Position numbers and translations under genes: made by a program. Shown in pieces: positions 52,240 through 63,198 of a stretch of DNA of 64,000 bases. Each line of letters opens with the position of its first letter. Positions within the stretch are counted from its first letter, which is position 1. The stretch is from an uncultured delta proteobacterium. GTDB lineage: Bacteria > Desulfobacterota > Binatia > UBA9968. The notes under the pieces are model-generated. The model did no database searches. It was given only the letters and a program-made list of their open reading frames with translations, and had not been told where the DNA came from. Location: the NCBI GenBank assembly GCA_963840855.1, contig CAWJBB010000027.1, forward strand, positions 128,001 to 192,000. The letters are read 5' to 3'.

Positions 52240-52510
52240 GGGACAGATCGGCTCGAAGACCACGATCAACTCCGGCGACCTGGCGGGGATTCTTATGATC
52301 GCGGTGCAGGCGCTGGAGAAGCGCACGGCGGAGCTAAAACAGAAGGAGGCACAGTTGGCGGTGCTCGCATCGAAAGTTGAAGAGCTAACAGCTAAGCACG
52401 CCTATTTTGAGACTGTGGCGGCGCGGGTGGAGGCGCTGGAGTTGCGAAACAACCACCCTATCCAGAAAACAGCGGAGAAAAGCCTCTCATTGTTGGTACA
52501 GGGGGATTAG
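52240..52510 (+). pseudogene. Tail-fibre intramolecular chaperone (peptidase S74-like) C-terminal fragment
   Basis: TINSGDLAGILMIAVQALE followed by a coiled coil. Confidence 0.5.
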
Positions 52511-53159
52511 CAAATATGAGTCGCTTCAATTCAGGCGTGCGGAGATGAAACATCGGCTGACGGTAAGCTCGGACCATCAACTCGATAACAAATATCACGG
52601 CTCCCTCAGTTTCACATGTTCGAGTTCGTGCCCGCCCATTTCCACCTTCCATCTCGATTGTTCGGACTTCTCCTGTTTATAGGTCTCTACTTTTTTCGAG
52701 GTAAGGAGGCAGGCCGCGTCTGACACAGACTTGCAGAACGAACAAAACACTGGAGCCGGTAATCTTTGAGTCCTCAAGGACAAAGCAGAGGCCGAGCGTG
52801 AACCCGTCCCCTTCAATGGTCCATCTCCCCAAGCCGCCTAGCCAATTCAAAAATCTCTTCCGGGCTTTCCGGGTCGCGGGTGTCGTGGTATTCCCGCGCT
52901 AACTCGTCCATCTTTTGCTCTATCTCTTGGCGGGTCACCGGCTCTGCATATCACCGGCCTTGACCCCGAATCAATAGTGACTGTACATTCCTCGCTGACA
53001 TTGTTTTTCCGCAACTTGATGGCTCCGGGGCTTTGGGGATAAAACGCTCTGTTAGGTGCGCACCTAAAATAACTAATTCATTGCAACGATCTCGATCTGA
53101 TCACGCGGATGGCTGCGGGGAGTAAGTAAGGCCGTATCATCGAAAGCTGGTGGTTAAAC

Positions 53160-53315
53160 ATGCCAAACGAGGAACACCTTGGACTTATTAACCAAGGAGT
53201 AGATGCCTGGAATCGGTGGAGGGGTGAACATGGTGATACACGGCCCGACCTCAGCGGGGCGAACCTCTTCGAGGCGAATCTCAGCAGGGCGAATCTCAGC
53301 AGGGCGGACCTCACG
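53160..53315 (+). pseudogene. Pentapeptide-repeat protein 5' fragment
   Basis: MPNEEHL..QGVDAWNRWR..PDLSGANLFEANLSRANLSRADL, fused to an antisense SRAP fragment. Confidence 0.8.
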
Positions 53316-53530
53316 ACAAATCGTTGCGGGGATCGTTCACGAGAATTGAAACGTCGTAGCCTTCCATCTTCTCCGGCGGATACGGTTTCAATAACGTGAG
53401 AGCATGGGCGATTGCGTAGTCGAGGGCAAGCCATTTTAACGCGTCGTCGTTACTGAGCATGACGGGCATCCGGTCATGGATCGGGCGCAACACGTCGTTG
53501 GGCTCTGTGGTGACAATCGTATACGCACAT
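53316..53530 (-). pseudogene. SRAP 3' fragment (third copy)
   Basis: LRPIHDRMPVMLSNDDALKWLALDYAIAHALTLLKPYPPEKMEGYDVS. Confidence 0.85.
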
Positions 53531-53661
53531 AGAATCGTCCCTCACGTGAAATCACCCTGATTACTGTGACTCGACAAAAACTTGTACAACATAAGCGTAA
53601 CCGTACCAAAAACTCCTAACCGTTGGGATAGCGTCATCATGGAGCACATGAAGGGCAAGGA

Positions 53662-54639
53662 ATGACTAAAATCTTACACTGCACTTGTAAGCAGGAGTAT
53701 CAAGATAAGAAGTACGGGACGGGTCAACGGGTCCACAATCCAACCAAAGACATTCCGCCTCATATCGTTGCACTGTTTGCAATTCACAAAAGGGGTGAAA
53801 CATGGCTAGAGTTTATCGAAGTCAACCGGAAGGAAAATATGACTCCAAGGCGGAGAAACTACTGCTTGAAACTAAGGCGTCTATCGTCTCGGTTTGCGTG
53901 ATCGGCGGCGAGCATGGCAACGGCTTTTCGTTAACCTGTGATTTAGAACGTCCCGATATGTCGATTGCGATTCACCGGCTGCCCGACTTGTTGCGGAAAC
54001 TCGCGGCGCAGATCGAGGATGATATCGAGAAGGTCACCCACCAAGAATTGACGCATTGATGTCGCAATATGTCGCGATTCGATAAAATGGTGGTCCTAAG
54101 CCAAATCTTAACGCGGGACGAGATCGTCAACGCCTATAAGCTGTACGGGGCGATTCTAGACTCGGATACCGACGTGGCGTTTGACGCTGCGGTCATTAAC
54201 CAGATTCTCACGCCGCAAGTGATGGAGCGGATCAACGCCGAGCTGGGCGCGGAAGTCCTTACCGCTGGTGACGTGGCGGCAATTCTAGAGACGGCATTCA
54301 TGGAGCGCGTCCTGAATCTCGCTCGTCACACCGCCGTCTGTGTCGCGTGCGAGGTTGGGGACCACGACACTTGCAGCGGCGTTAGCCAGCTTGGGACGCT
54401 AGCGTGTGTCGAACGACAAAACTACAGTGATGATCGTCTTTTACACTACCTTGGCTTGCCTAGTGGTGTCGGTAATCTGCATTGGGGTTGCCCTCTATCT
54501 GATCTCGCGAACGACGAAAATTATAGAGCGGATTAAGAAAGACCACGAGTTTGCGCTAGCGACTATCCTGGCGCTTCGCGCCAAGGGCGAGGCTTTAAGC
54601 AAGTTGCTACGAGAATGCTATGAGGCTGACATTGACTAA
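53662..54639 (+). other. Cluster of short, tightly packed phage-like hypothetical ORFs
   Basis: Overlapping small co-oriented ORFs (53662, 53802, 54069, 54406). No recognisable domains. Confidence 0.4.
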
Positions 54640-55748
54640 ACTCTTACCCTGCACAAGGTTGGGCGTGGCTTGGGCGTCCCCCCCCTGGCCCCCACCCCGG
54701 CGGCACCCTAACTAGTGGAAACTAGAGCGAAAAAACTAGTAACTTACATGACACGCGCACGAGGTAGGACGACGGGACACGCGCTTCGTAAACAAGTTGT
54801 CCTTGCTAACCCCGCGTACTATCAGCACTATCCCCACTCCTGTCCGTGACTTGTCCGTGGCGTTTGGCGTGGGCGTCTAGCTCGTGCTGCACGTAAGACG
54901 GTTCTGTGACGGATCAACCGTCTGAGCGCCACCTTTGGAAGCGGTATCCCACACGCCTATACGCGCTCCGAACGGGAGCGAATAGAGAAAATCTCATTTC
55001 AATAGCCGCCAAGTTTTGCTCTGAAAACCTTCAAAATCTAAATATGCTTCGTACTGCACGGCAAGGCCTTGAGACAAGGCCTTTGAGAGATGAGCTATGC
55101 CTATTTTTTAGGCGAAATAAGGTTATCTAATTGTAAGTGATTCAATCACGGCAGAGCGAGTTAGGGAGCCAACGGGAAGCGCTAGCGCCACGTTAATGCA
55201 TCTTTGACAGTCACATAAAGCAAACCGACCTTTCTCAGAGGTTCTTTTACCCTTCTCCGAGGTAATGTGATCAATCAATCTTTGAATCTTCCAACAAATT
55301 GATAGGCTTTCTCGCAATTACTCGTCCCTCCAGGGCTTAGCCTTCGTTTTAGCGCTTTTTCCCTAGTTCGTTCGCAAATTACTTTTGCAGCGCTTTTCCA
55401 TTTGCCTGTCCACCGTTAAATTTCCTGAGTGACAAACTTTCTGTCGCGGCCCACCTTTGTCTTAAAACTTCTAGCTGCACACTCTTCTACTACGAGAAGG
55501 TATGAAGGCAGAAAACTTTGAGAGAGCAATCTTCCGACTGCCTTTCTCACAAATAACCCCGCTACGATGGCGGCGGCTGATGATGCTTGGCTGTCTTAGA
55601 GGAGAAAAAGCGAGCGGAAGAGTCGAAAGCATTCTTTGGAATTTGAAAGGAGCCAAATACATTATTTACACCGAAATGTCTTAAACAGCCCTCGCCAATC
55701 CTTATCTTTATGAAGAGATATAACAGCAGTATGCCTCTTCACTAGGCG

Positions 55749-56306
55749 GTGAAATTTAGCAGGAGCGCCTACGGCTCTGAGGTTAGAGTAACCGTCCTGT
55801 ACCTACCGGATACCTCATCGATGGGTGATAAGCTGGCGACCCTAACAGGTCGCCCATATCATGTTGGTACATATGTCAAATATGTATCACCCGGAGATAG
55901 GAAACGGGCAACGGCTAAACCACAGGTTTATCAATCAAATATGACTAGTCAAGTTTTACTAAGAAGAAGAGACGCGGCAATGGTAGCAAGCCTACCTAAG
56001 TTTGAGCGGCGAAATTATTTTCGCTCGCTCGCAGTACTCCGCCTGCAAATCGTTCAAGCGCTTGGCGCAGTGTGCAAAGTTTGCGGAGCAACCGACGGCG
56101 CGTTGCAGGTGCAACCGGTTGCCGATGATTTACTGGAATTTACTAGTCTAAGACAGTGGTACAAGACACTGGTAAACCGATTAAGTAAGAACAAGGCAAT
56201 TTCAGCGACATTGACTTGTCGTAACTGCAAGCCAAAGCCTAAGACGTTCAAACCGGTAGTAATAAGGCGTAGGGACGGAATTACGAGTAGACTAAATGTT
56301 CTTTGA
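55749..56306 (+). CDS. Hypothetical protein with degenerate HNH-like zinc-binding C-terminus
   Basis: ALGAVCKVCG...LTCRNC. The catalytic His is not evident. Confidence 0.4.
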   Translation: MKFSRSAYGSEVRVTVLYLPDTSSMGDKLATLTGRPYHVGTYVKYVSPGDRKRATAKPQVYQSNMTSQVLLRRRDAAMVASLPKFERRNYFRSLAVLRLQIVQALGAVCKVCGATDGALQVQPVADDLLEFTSLRQWYKTLVNRLSKNKAISATLTCRNCKPKPKTFKPVVIRRRDGITSRLNVL

Positions 56307-57456
56307 CGTGAAAGAAATTACTATCGTCTCTCCCGGCAGAACAAATAAACGAAATCCTGATGGGAAACAGACGTGGAACTGACAACTGGTTTCAGTTGAT
56401 CGAGGAAGCCAGGCGCGGGAAGGCGTAGTGGGCTAAACGCAAGCGGCGTCAAAAGAAATTCGAGAAAGGCAACTAACCGTGAACACTTATAGTCCTGACA
56501 CTACAAACGAGTCAAACGAAATCACCAATCAAGATTTTGCGGCCCTTGCGCGACGGCGCAACTGGTCAGTGGAATTCCTGGCTCACACATTCAGGCGCAA
56601 GATCGAAACCCCGAATGAATTTTTCCACGGGGTGGTTAGCGGGAAGCGTCCAGAGGTAGTAATCCCCTTCGGTTCCGTCATCGACTTTTACCGCCAGTAC
56701 ATCGACACACAACTCCTCGACGGCCAGCGGGCATGTGCGTGCGGTTGCGGTCAACCGATTTTCAGCAGGCAAAAATGGGCCTCGCCCCGTTGCAAGAAAA
56801 GAATCGCCCGCCAGCGCGTCGCGGACACCAAAAAGGGGGGTTCGCAACTACCTGATTTCGTTGAGCCCAAACCGGGACAAATTAGCGGGGTGGCTGCTAA
56901 GGTATTCACCCGCTCTCAAACCGGGACAAACGGCCGTCAACAGCGATATGCGAATGGCGGAGCCTCTGGCGGAAGCGTTCAAGGCAATGATCAAAGAAGA
57001 AGTCAGACCGAGCAGAGCAAATGGACACGAACAACGCTCAATCATCGCCAGAAACTGCGTTAACGCAGTCTGAAGGGCGTTCTCGCGCGTGTTCTAACCC
57101 GTTCTGCAATGCTTCGATGGGTGAGATATCGCCGCAGGGTAAGCACAGGCGCCACTGTTCGGACCGATGCCGTCTTGAAGTTTATGCTTTGAGACGCGCT
57201 AAGGCACTGCTCAGGAAAGTCGGGGTCGTAGAGTTTCACAGGCTGCTGGAACAGGTATGAGCCCTCGGCCCATTTCCTCTATTCCACAGAGGTGTGGAAG
57301 GAAATTCAAACGGACGTGCGAGAGGCGGCGTGATTATGGCCGAGCAAGTTCAAAATCCGTTCGCTCCCTTCTTCGATCATCTCAAGCAAGCAAAATCGTC
57401 ACACGTGTCACCAGCCGTTTAAACGACAGCGACCGGAGCATTCAGCGACAACAGCG

Positions 57457-57738
57457 ATGAACTGGGTATCACCTAAAACTGTAGCGACCCGTTTGGATAT
57501 CTCGCGGCGCGAAGCTAACCGGATGATGGTTAGCGGTGAATTGCCAAGTTTCAAAGTCGGCGGAAAAAGACGGATGACGGAAGAGGCTTTGTGCAGGTGG
57601 ATGAGAGCGCAAGAAAAAAGGGCGAACGGGGGAGAGGTGAAATCGAAAACACCGTCGCAAAAAATGCCCCTAGCGGCGCGCTGCGATAGCCCGACATCGG
57701 CACTACACGCCGATAACACCGGCGAGATTGTCCATTAG
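57457..57738 (+). CDS. Excisionase-like helix-turn-helix protein
   Basis: SPKTVATRLDISRR...MVSGELPSFKVGGKRR (HTH_17-like). Confidence 0.7.
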   Translation: MNWVSPKTVATRLDISRREANRMMVSGELPSFKVGGKRRMTEEALCRWMRAQEKRANGGEVKSKTPSQKMPLAARCDSPTSALHADNTGEIVH

Positions 57739-57941
57739 GTTCAATGAGTTAAGGCACTACGAAAAAACCAGGGAACAGTTGGTAAACAATCTTTGACCCG
57801 AATCAAGCAACATTAGCATGGCTGAAATTTTGATAGCACCTAATCCCAAGCGCAAACGCGGCGTTCGCCGACCTAAAGGCACAAATAACCGGCACGGAGA
57901 CCAAGGCGAAGATAGGGAAACTGGAGCAACTCAATACGCAG

Positions 57942-58316
57942 TTGGCTGCCAACTCCGCGCGGGTTCAAGCTGCGGTCGAAACCACCACGTCGGCGAATGC
58001 TCCGTTGGTGCAGAAATTACAAACCTCGGCTGGAACGGTCGTGACGTGGGGGGTAGTCTTCGGCGGCGACACAGCCCTCGCCGACGCGAAGCATGAGATT
58101 CAAACAATTGCGCCAAAACTGGGATTAACAAACGCGGCGATTTATTACCGACAAGGTTCCTACCGCAGTGTGGCAACCACGACCGACAGATTACAGGCGG
58201 AGCGGCTCTTACTAAAGGCAAAAGAACGCCGGAAGGATTCCTACATCGTCAATATGTCCACATGGTGTCGAGACGCTGCGGAGAAAAACGGCTATTTCGA
58301 GTGTGGAAGCTCTTAA
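57942..58316 (+). CDS. Possible SPOR-like domain protein (3' part)
   Basis: WGVVFGGD..A...IYYRQGSYRSV...A..RRKDSYIV. Start uncertain. Confidence 0.35.
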   Translation: MAANSARVQAAVETTTSANAPLVQKLQTSAGTVVTWGVVFGGDTALADAKHEIQTIAPKLGLTNAAIYYRQGSYRSVATTTDRLQAERLLLKAKERRKDSYIVNMSTWCRDAAEKNGYFECGSS

Positions 58317-58335
58317 AGGATATGACTCTTCAGCG

Positions 58336-58525
58336 ATGTGCGGCCGCTACACGTATTTTCCCGGCGAATTTTCCGACCTTAGGCACCTGGAAAGTCGATT
58401 CAGTCATCTCGCTGTTAAAACCCCGATATAACATCGCTCCGACTCAAGAAGCGCCCGTAATCGCCCAAGTGGGCGGCAGGCGAACCCTCGAGGCATTCCG
58501 CTGGGGATTGATCCCATGGTGGGCC
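58336..58525 (+). pseudogene. SRAP 5' fragment (fourth copy, opposite strand, frameshifted)
   Basis: ATG TGC GGC CGC TAC (MCGRY), then KPRYNIAPTQEAPV..FRWGLIPWWA. Confidence 0.85.
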
Positions 58526-58820
58526 TACTCCAACGTTCCGTTCCGTACCTCCTGATCTCCTCTACCTTTCGATATATATCGAACAGCATAGAAGAATATA
58601 TCTCCCGATCAATTGTTTTGACGCTGGGACAGCTGTCATCTTAAGCCACGTGTGGAAACCAGATGACAGCGTTTTTCAGCCGCGTCAACTCTTTGGTTTG
58701 GAGAAGAGGAAGACGGAGTCCCTCAGGTCGGGTTGAGCCATACACGCTCGCGGGCGGATGAATCCGGAAACTTTGTCTGCAATATCGTGATCAAAACTTA
58801 GCGGGGAAAAGGAGGAAATT

Positions 58821-59804
58821 ATGAAATGTAAAATGAGTATCGTCGTTGCCATGACGCTGCTTCTAGGTTCTGTCCAGTTTGCAGGAGCGCAACAGCGGAA
58901 GATTCCTGTAATAGGTTATCTAAGCGGCGGCTCAGCTTCTGCTGCCGCGCCACGGGTTGACGCGTTCCGCCAAGGACTGCAGGAGCTAGGTTACAATGAG
59001 GGCCAAAACATTGGAGTTGAATATCGATACGCGGACGGGAACTTAGACCGGATGCCCGACCTCGCAGCTGAACTGATCCGTCTCAAAGTTGATGTCATTG
59101 TGGTGGGGAGCGAGCAGGGAACTCGTGCAGTCCAGCAGCAAACTAAGAACACTCCGATTGTCTTTACGGCGAGCGGCGATCCGGTGGCTTCGGGGTTTGC
59201 CGCTAGTCTCGCCCGCCCGGGAGGAAACATCACGGGGACGACTTCGTCGGGCTCGTCGGATGCAGTCCTAAAACGAATTGAGCTGCTGAAGGAAGCTGTC
59301 TCAAAACTTTCTTACCTTGGGGTCGTTTGGAATCCAGGCAATTTACGTCAGAAACAACAGTTCAAAGAAGCCGAAGGCGCTGCCAAGACTTTAGACCTTA
59401 AGGTTCAATCCGTGGAGCTAGAGCGGCCTGGGGACTTGGAGAACGCCTTTGCTGCCATCACCAAGGAACGCCCCAATGGACTGTTAGTCTTTCGGTCACC
59501 GATTGTCTCGATCCACGCAAAGCGCATCACGCAATTTGCCGAAAAGAACCGACTGCCAACCATGTTCTCGTATCACCAGCACGTCGAAGACGGAGGACTT
59601 ATATCCTATGCGCCTGACCTGCTCGATTTGGACCGGCGCACCGCCGTTTATGTGGATAAGATCCTGAAAGGTGCGAAGCCGGCTGATCTCGCTGTGGAGG
59701 GACCAAAGAAGTTTGAGCTGGTCATCAATCTCAAAACCGCCCAGCAGATCGGATTAACGATTCCCCCAGCCGTTTTAAAGCGAGCGGATAAAATCATCAA
59801 GTAA
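58821..59804 (+). CDS. ABC transporter substrate-binding protein (putative aromatic amino acid type)
   Basis: Signal peptide, then DPVASGFAASLARPGGNITG and [34 protein letters not shown]. Confidence 0.92.
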   Translation: MKCKMSIVVAMTLLLGSVQFAGAQQRKIPVIGYLSGGSASAAAPRVDAFRQGLQELGYNEGQNIGVEYRYADGNLDRMPDLAAELIRLKVDVIVVGSEQGTRAVQQQTKNTPIVFTASGDPVASGFAASLARPGGNITGTTSSGSSDAVLKRIELLKEAVSKLSYLGVVWNPGNLRQKQQFKEAEGAAKTLDLKVQSVELERPGDLENAFAAITKERPNGLLVFRSPIVSIHAKRITQFAEKNRLPTMFSYHQHVEDGGLISYAPDLLDLDRRTAVYVDKILKGAKPADLAVEGPKKFELVINLKTAQQIGLTIPPAVLKRADKIIK

Positions 59805-59854
59805 TCATAAATTTTCACTTAGGCAGGAAGGCAAAGATAGGAGCAGACAGCGCT

Positions 59855-60370
59855 ATGAACAAAATCAAAATCCAAAATGCAAGAGGAAGGCAAAACGTCA
59901 TTGAAAAGAGAAAAACGATCGCGGCAAGGGGTTCACTGGTCTACAATCACGCAGCATCAAGAATCAAGACGCGGTTCTCTATTCTCGTATTCTTCCTGAT
60001 ATTTGGGATGAGCGGATACGTGAGCGCTGGAACCGGACCGGTGCTTCCCGATTATGAAAATGAGGCACGAATGGTCTTTCAAGGGATGTGCGAGGGCGGA
60101 AAGGTTTCGTATAGCACCTACTACAAACAAGGCGGCTACGTTCTGGAGGCAGCGCGGATTCAACCGGAGGGGTTTTTCTATTTCATGAAGCGTTACAGGG
60201 GAAAGGAAGAAGGTTGGGAGGAACGTTATTTCAGACAGGTGAATAGCTCCGCAAATCTGCGCGAACTCGCGCATGAAGAATGGGACGAAAACGTAAAGCG
60301 GGCGAGCGTTAACTATTTCAACAAGCTCCACGATCTCCAGACGACGTGCACAAAACTGCTGGTTTCGTGA
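59855..60370 (+). CDS. Hypothetical exported/membrane-anchored protein
   Basis: 171-aa ORF with one hydrophobic segment. Confidence 0.6.
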   Translation: MNKIKIQNARGRQNVIEKRKTIAARGSLVYNHAASRIKTRFSILVFFLIFGMSGYVSAGTGPVLPDYENEARMVFQGMCEGGKVSYSTYYKQGGYVLEAARIQPEGFFYFMKRYRGKEEGWEERYFRQVNSSANLRELAHEEWDENVKRASVNYFNKLHDLQTTCTKLLVS

Positions 60371-60723
60371 AAAAGAGGTAAGAGAAATGAAATGGGCCAC
60401 TGCGTCCGGTCTGGTGTCGAACAGAAGGCTGTAGGTCACTATATATCAAAAAGAAGCAAAGAAGGAAAAACTATGAGAAGCAGCTTCAGATCTTTTCTAT
60501 CTGTCGTAGCACTGGTTGCAGGTATAGCTTTGAGCGAGGCGCAAGCGCAAGAAACACGCGACTGGATAACAATAGAATTGGAGGCGGGAAATTATAGGTT
60601 GTCTTCGTATGAACAGAACGGCCTCTACTATTGCATGCTCGATTTCACTTTAGGGACCCACCCGATTTCAACGAAGGGGACCACTGAAATCAGCGGAGCG
60701 AAGCGACGAAGCGATTTTGACTT

Positions 60724-61494
60724 TTACACTGAGCCTCCCTGGTTTTTCAATCCCGATTTTTTCTCTGCAAGTTTTTCTCTATAGGATTTCTCTCCTTTCA
60801 GAGTGATTTTCTGAGATGGATGAATCAGCCGATCCACAATGGCTTCGGCGATCACCGGATCTTCAAACAGTTTTATCCACCCCTGGGGCTCGACCTGGGA
60901 GGTGACAATGAGGGGAGCCTTGCGGTAACGCTCTTCGAGGATGTCCATCAGGGAAGTGGCCTCCTCGTGGGTGTAGTTTCTTAGCCCTAAGTCATCGAGG
61001 ATTAAAACCTTGGCCTTGATGAGACTACGGATGTAGTTGAGGTAACGGCCGGCGGCCCTGGCGGCCTGGATTTCCTCGAACAGGAAGTTGACTGGCAAGA
61101 ACTGAGTGGGATGGCCTTCCTGGCACAGCCGTTTACCCAAGGCAATGGCGAGATGAGTTTTACCCAGGCCGGTTTTTCCAAGGATCAAAAGATTCTCCTG
61201 GTTATGAAGGAAGTTTAATTCACAGAGCTCTTTGATCTTAGCCTTGGTCAGATCCTTGTGGAACGCTAAATCTAAGTCTTCCAGATCGGCGCGGAACCGA
61301 AAGCGGGCCTTGGTCATGAGCGCCTTAGCGGTACGGTCTTTGCGCGACAACAGTTCATCTTCGAGCAGGAGTCGGAGGAACTCCAGGGGATGGAACTGCT
61401 GGGACAAAGCGATCTGGGCTTGTCGTTCGCAGGCTTCATGGATGCCGAACAGGCGCATCTGGTGCGAGAGGGCTCTGACTTGATCAAGCATCAT
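60724..61494 (-). CDS. istB: IS21 helper ATPase
   Basis: Motifs GKTGLGKTHLA, LILDDLG, EERY and AIVDRL. Confidence 0.95.
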   Translation of the reverse strand: MMLDQVRALSHQMRLFGIHEACERQAQIALSQQFHPLEFLRLLLEDELLSRKDRTAKALMTKARFRFRADLEDLDLAFHKDLTKAKIKELCELNFLHNQENLLILGKTGLGKTHLAIALGKRLCQEGHPTQFLPVNFLFEEIQAARAAGRYLNYIRSLIKAKVLILDDLGLRNYTHEEATSLMDILEERYRKAPLIVTSQVEPQGWIKLFEDPVIAEAIVDRLIHPSQKITLKGEKSYREKLAEKKSGLKNQGGSV

Positions 61495-61653
61495 GGTGGT
61501 GCGACCTCTTGGTGAAAGGGCTGTTTTTGGGGGAACCCCAGGTATCAACCGAGCCGAGATCGTCGTTTATAGGGCTTATACGGAGGCCGTTTTTTCCCGC
61601 TTGCTTGTCTGGATGATTAAAAATGGCTTTGCGGCTGGATTTTAAGCTCGTGC

Positions 61654-63198
61654 TCATAGGATTTCCTCCTCCACCGAAGGCAAGGACGGTTCTGGATCCG
61701 AGTCCGAATCGGCGCCGTATTGGTGCAGATGAACGGTATCGGGCTTTCTCTTTGGGGTAAGCAGCGTCGGTCTTTGACCGTGGGCGACAAAGTAAAGGGC
61801 GCAGTCTTTGATGTAGGCGAGCCGTGTTTTGTTGAAGCTCAGGGCGCGCTGGCAGGCGTGGTCCAGAGCTTGAGGGGTGACGGGATAGCGTTTTGAAAGC
61901 CGCAAGATCCCTTGGACCCGCCGTAGATGGCGCAGCGGATGGTGGCCCGAGAGCAGCTGGTCGACCAACTTCTCGACATGGGGGCCGACCTGTTTGGCTT
62001 GCTGTTGGGCGTGACGGATTTCGAAGCGCGCTACGCTAAGCTTTTTTTCTGGATAATGGAAATCATAGGTGGAGAACTGTCCGATGCCCCTAAGTCTTGG
62101 GTGCGCGGTAAGGCATTGGCTGTCCTCGCTGAAGAGTTCGACGATTTTCTCCGTGAGTCTGACCCGGACTATTTGGCCGACGTAAACAAAGGGGACCGAG
62201 TAGAAGTTTTTTTCCACCTGGACATGGCAGTCGGGATGGACTTTAGCTTGCCGCCACTCGCTGAGCTCGAAGGGCGAAGCCGGCAGGGCTTTTAACTGCT
62301 TTTTCTCTTCAGCGAAGCGCTGGGAGCGGCTCACCCCATAGTCTTTCATCACTTCGTAGTTGAGCCGCTGTAGATAGTCCCGCAGCGTTTGATTGAGCTC
62401 GGGGAGCGAATAAAAGACGCGGTTACGGACCTCCTGGAAAAAACTCCTTTGGACCACTCCGATGTGGCTTTCTCCCGAGCCCTTGTCGCGGGGCTTTCGG
62501 GGCCTGGCCGGCAGAACAGCAAAGCCCATGTGATTGGCAAAGTCACAGTAGGTGGCATTGACATCGGGGTCGTACAGATCGGCCTTGTGGACACCGCTTT
62601 TGAGATTGTCCACGACCACGTAGGGGGTGATCCCACCAAAGTAGGCGAACATGCGGCTCTGGACCCCGATAAACGTGGCAAGCTTTTGATCTAGAACGAA
62701 CTCGCCGAAGAAATACGAGCTGAACGGCAACACGCCTAAGAAAAACTGTGTGAGAGTTTTATGGCCGGTGACCGGGTCGGTGAGAAACAGACCGTCACAG
62801 AAATCGATCTGGGTTTTTTCCGCGGGCTTATGATCGAGCCGGATCGTCACTTGATCGGGTGAGGCCTGCGCACTGACCTTCTCCCGAAACGCCCGCCAAA
62901 ACTTTACGTACGCGATATCGGGGGCCACTTCCCTCTGGATCTGCTTGACCGTGGTCCCTTTGCCATAGACTTCCTGGCGGACATACTCCCAGTCAAGCGT
63001 CTCCATCCAGCCGCCGATCTCAGAGGTCGGTTGTGGGGCTGGTTCCAAGAACTTGCGCACGGTTCGGCGCGAAAGCCTCAGTATCCGGGCGATGCTGCGA
63101 ATGGAATGCCCTTGTTCGGACAGAATTTTGATTTGCGCTTGCATACGAACGCTGGTCCTCTCTTTGGCCATCAACTGGATCCTCCTCCAGTTGGCCAA
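61654..63198 (-). CDS. istA: IS21 transposase
   Basis: N-terminal HTH, then QIDF, VVDNLKSGV, PRKPRDKGSGE and NFYSVP. Confidence 0.95.
   Translation of the reverse strand: MANWRRIQLMAKERTSVRMQAQIKILSEQGHSIRSIARILRLSRRTVRKFLEPAPQPTSEIGGWMETLDWEYVRQEVYGKGTTVKQIQREVAPDIAYVKFWRAFREKVSAQASPDQVTIRLDHKPAEKTQIDFCDGLFLTDPVTGHKTLTQFFLGVLPFSSYFFGEFVLDQKLATFIGVQSRMFAYFGGITPYVVVDNLKSGVHKADLYDPDVNATYCDFANHMGFAVLPARPRKPRDKGSGESHIGVVQRSFFQEVRNRVFYSLPELNQTLRDYLQRLNYEVMKDYGVSRSQRFAEEKKQLKALPASPFELSEWRQAKVHPDCHVQVEKNFYSVPFVYVGQIVRVRLTEKIVELFSEDSQCLTAHPRLRGIGQFSTYDFHYPEKKLSVARFEIRHAQQQAKQVGPHVEKLVDQLLSGHHPLRHLRRVQGILRLSKRYPVTPQALDHACQRALSFNKTRLAYIKDCALYFVAHGQRPTLLTPKRKPDTVHLHQYGADSDSDPEPSLPSVEEEIL

Noticed and set aside
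46900-57800. Intact prophage
   Set aside because: No integrase, terminase, capsid, portal or tail genes. Only scattered remnants.
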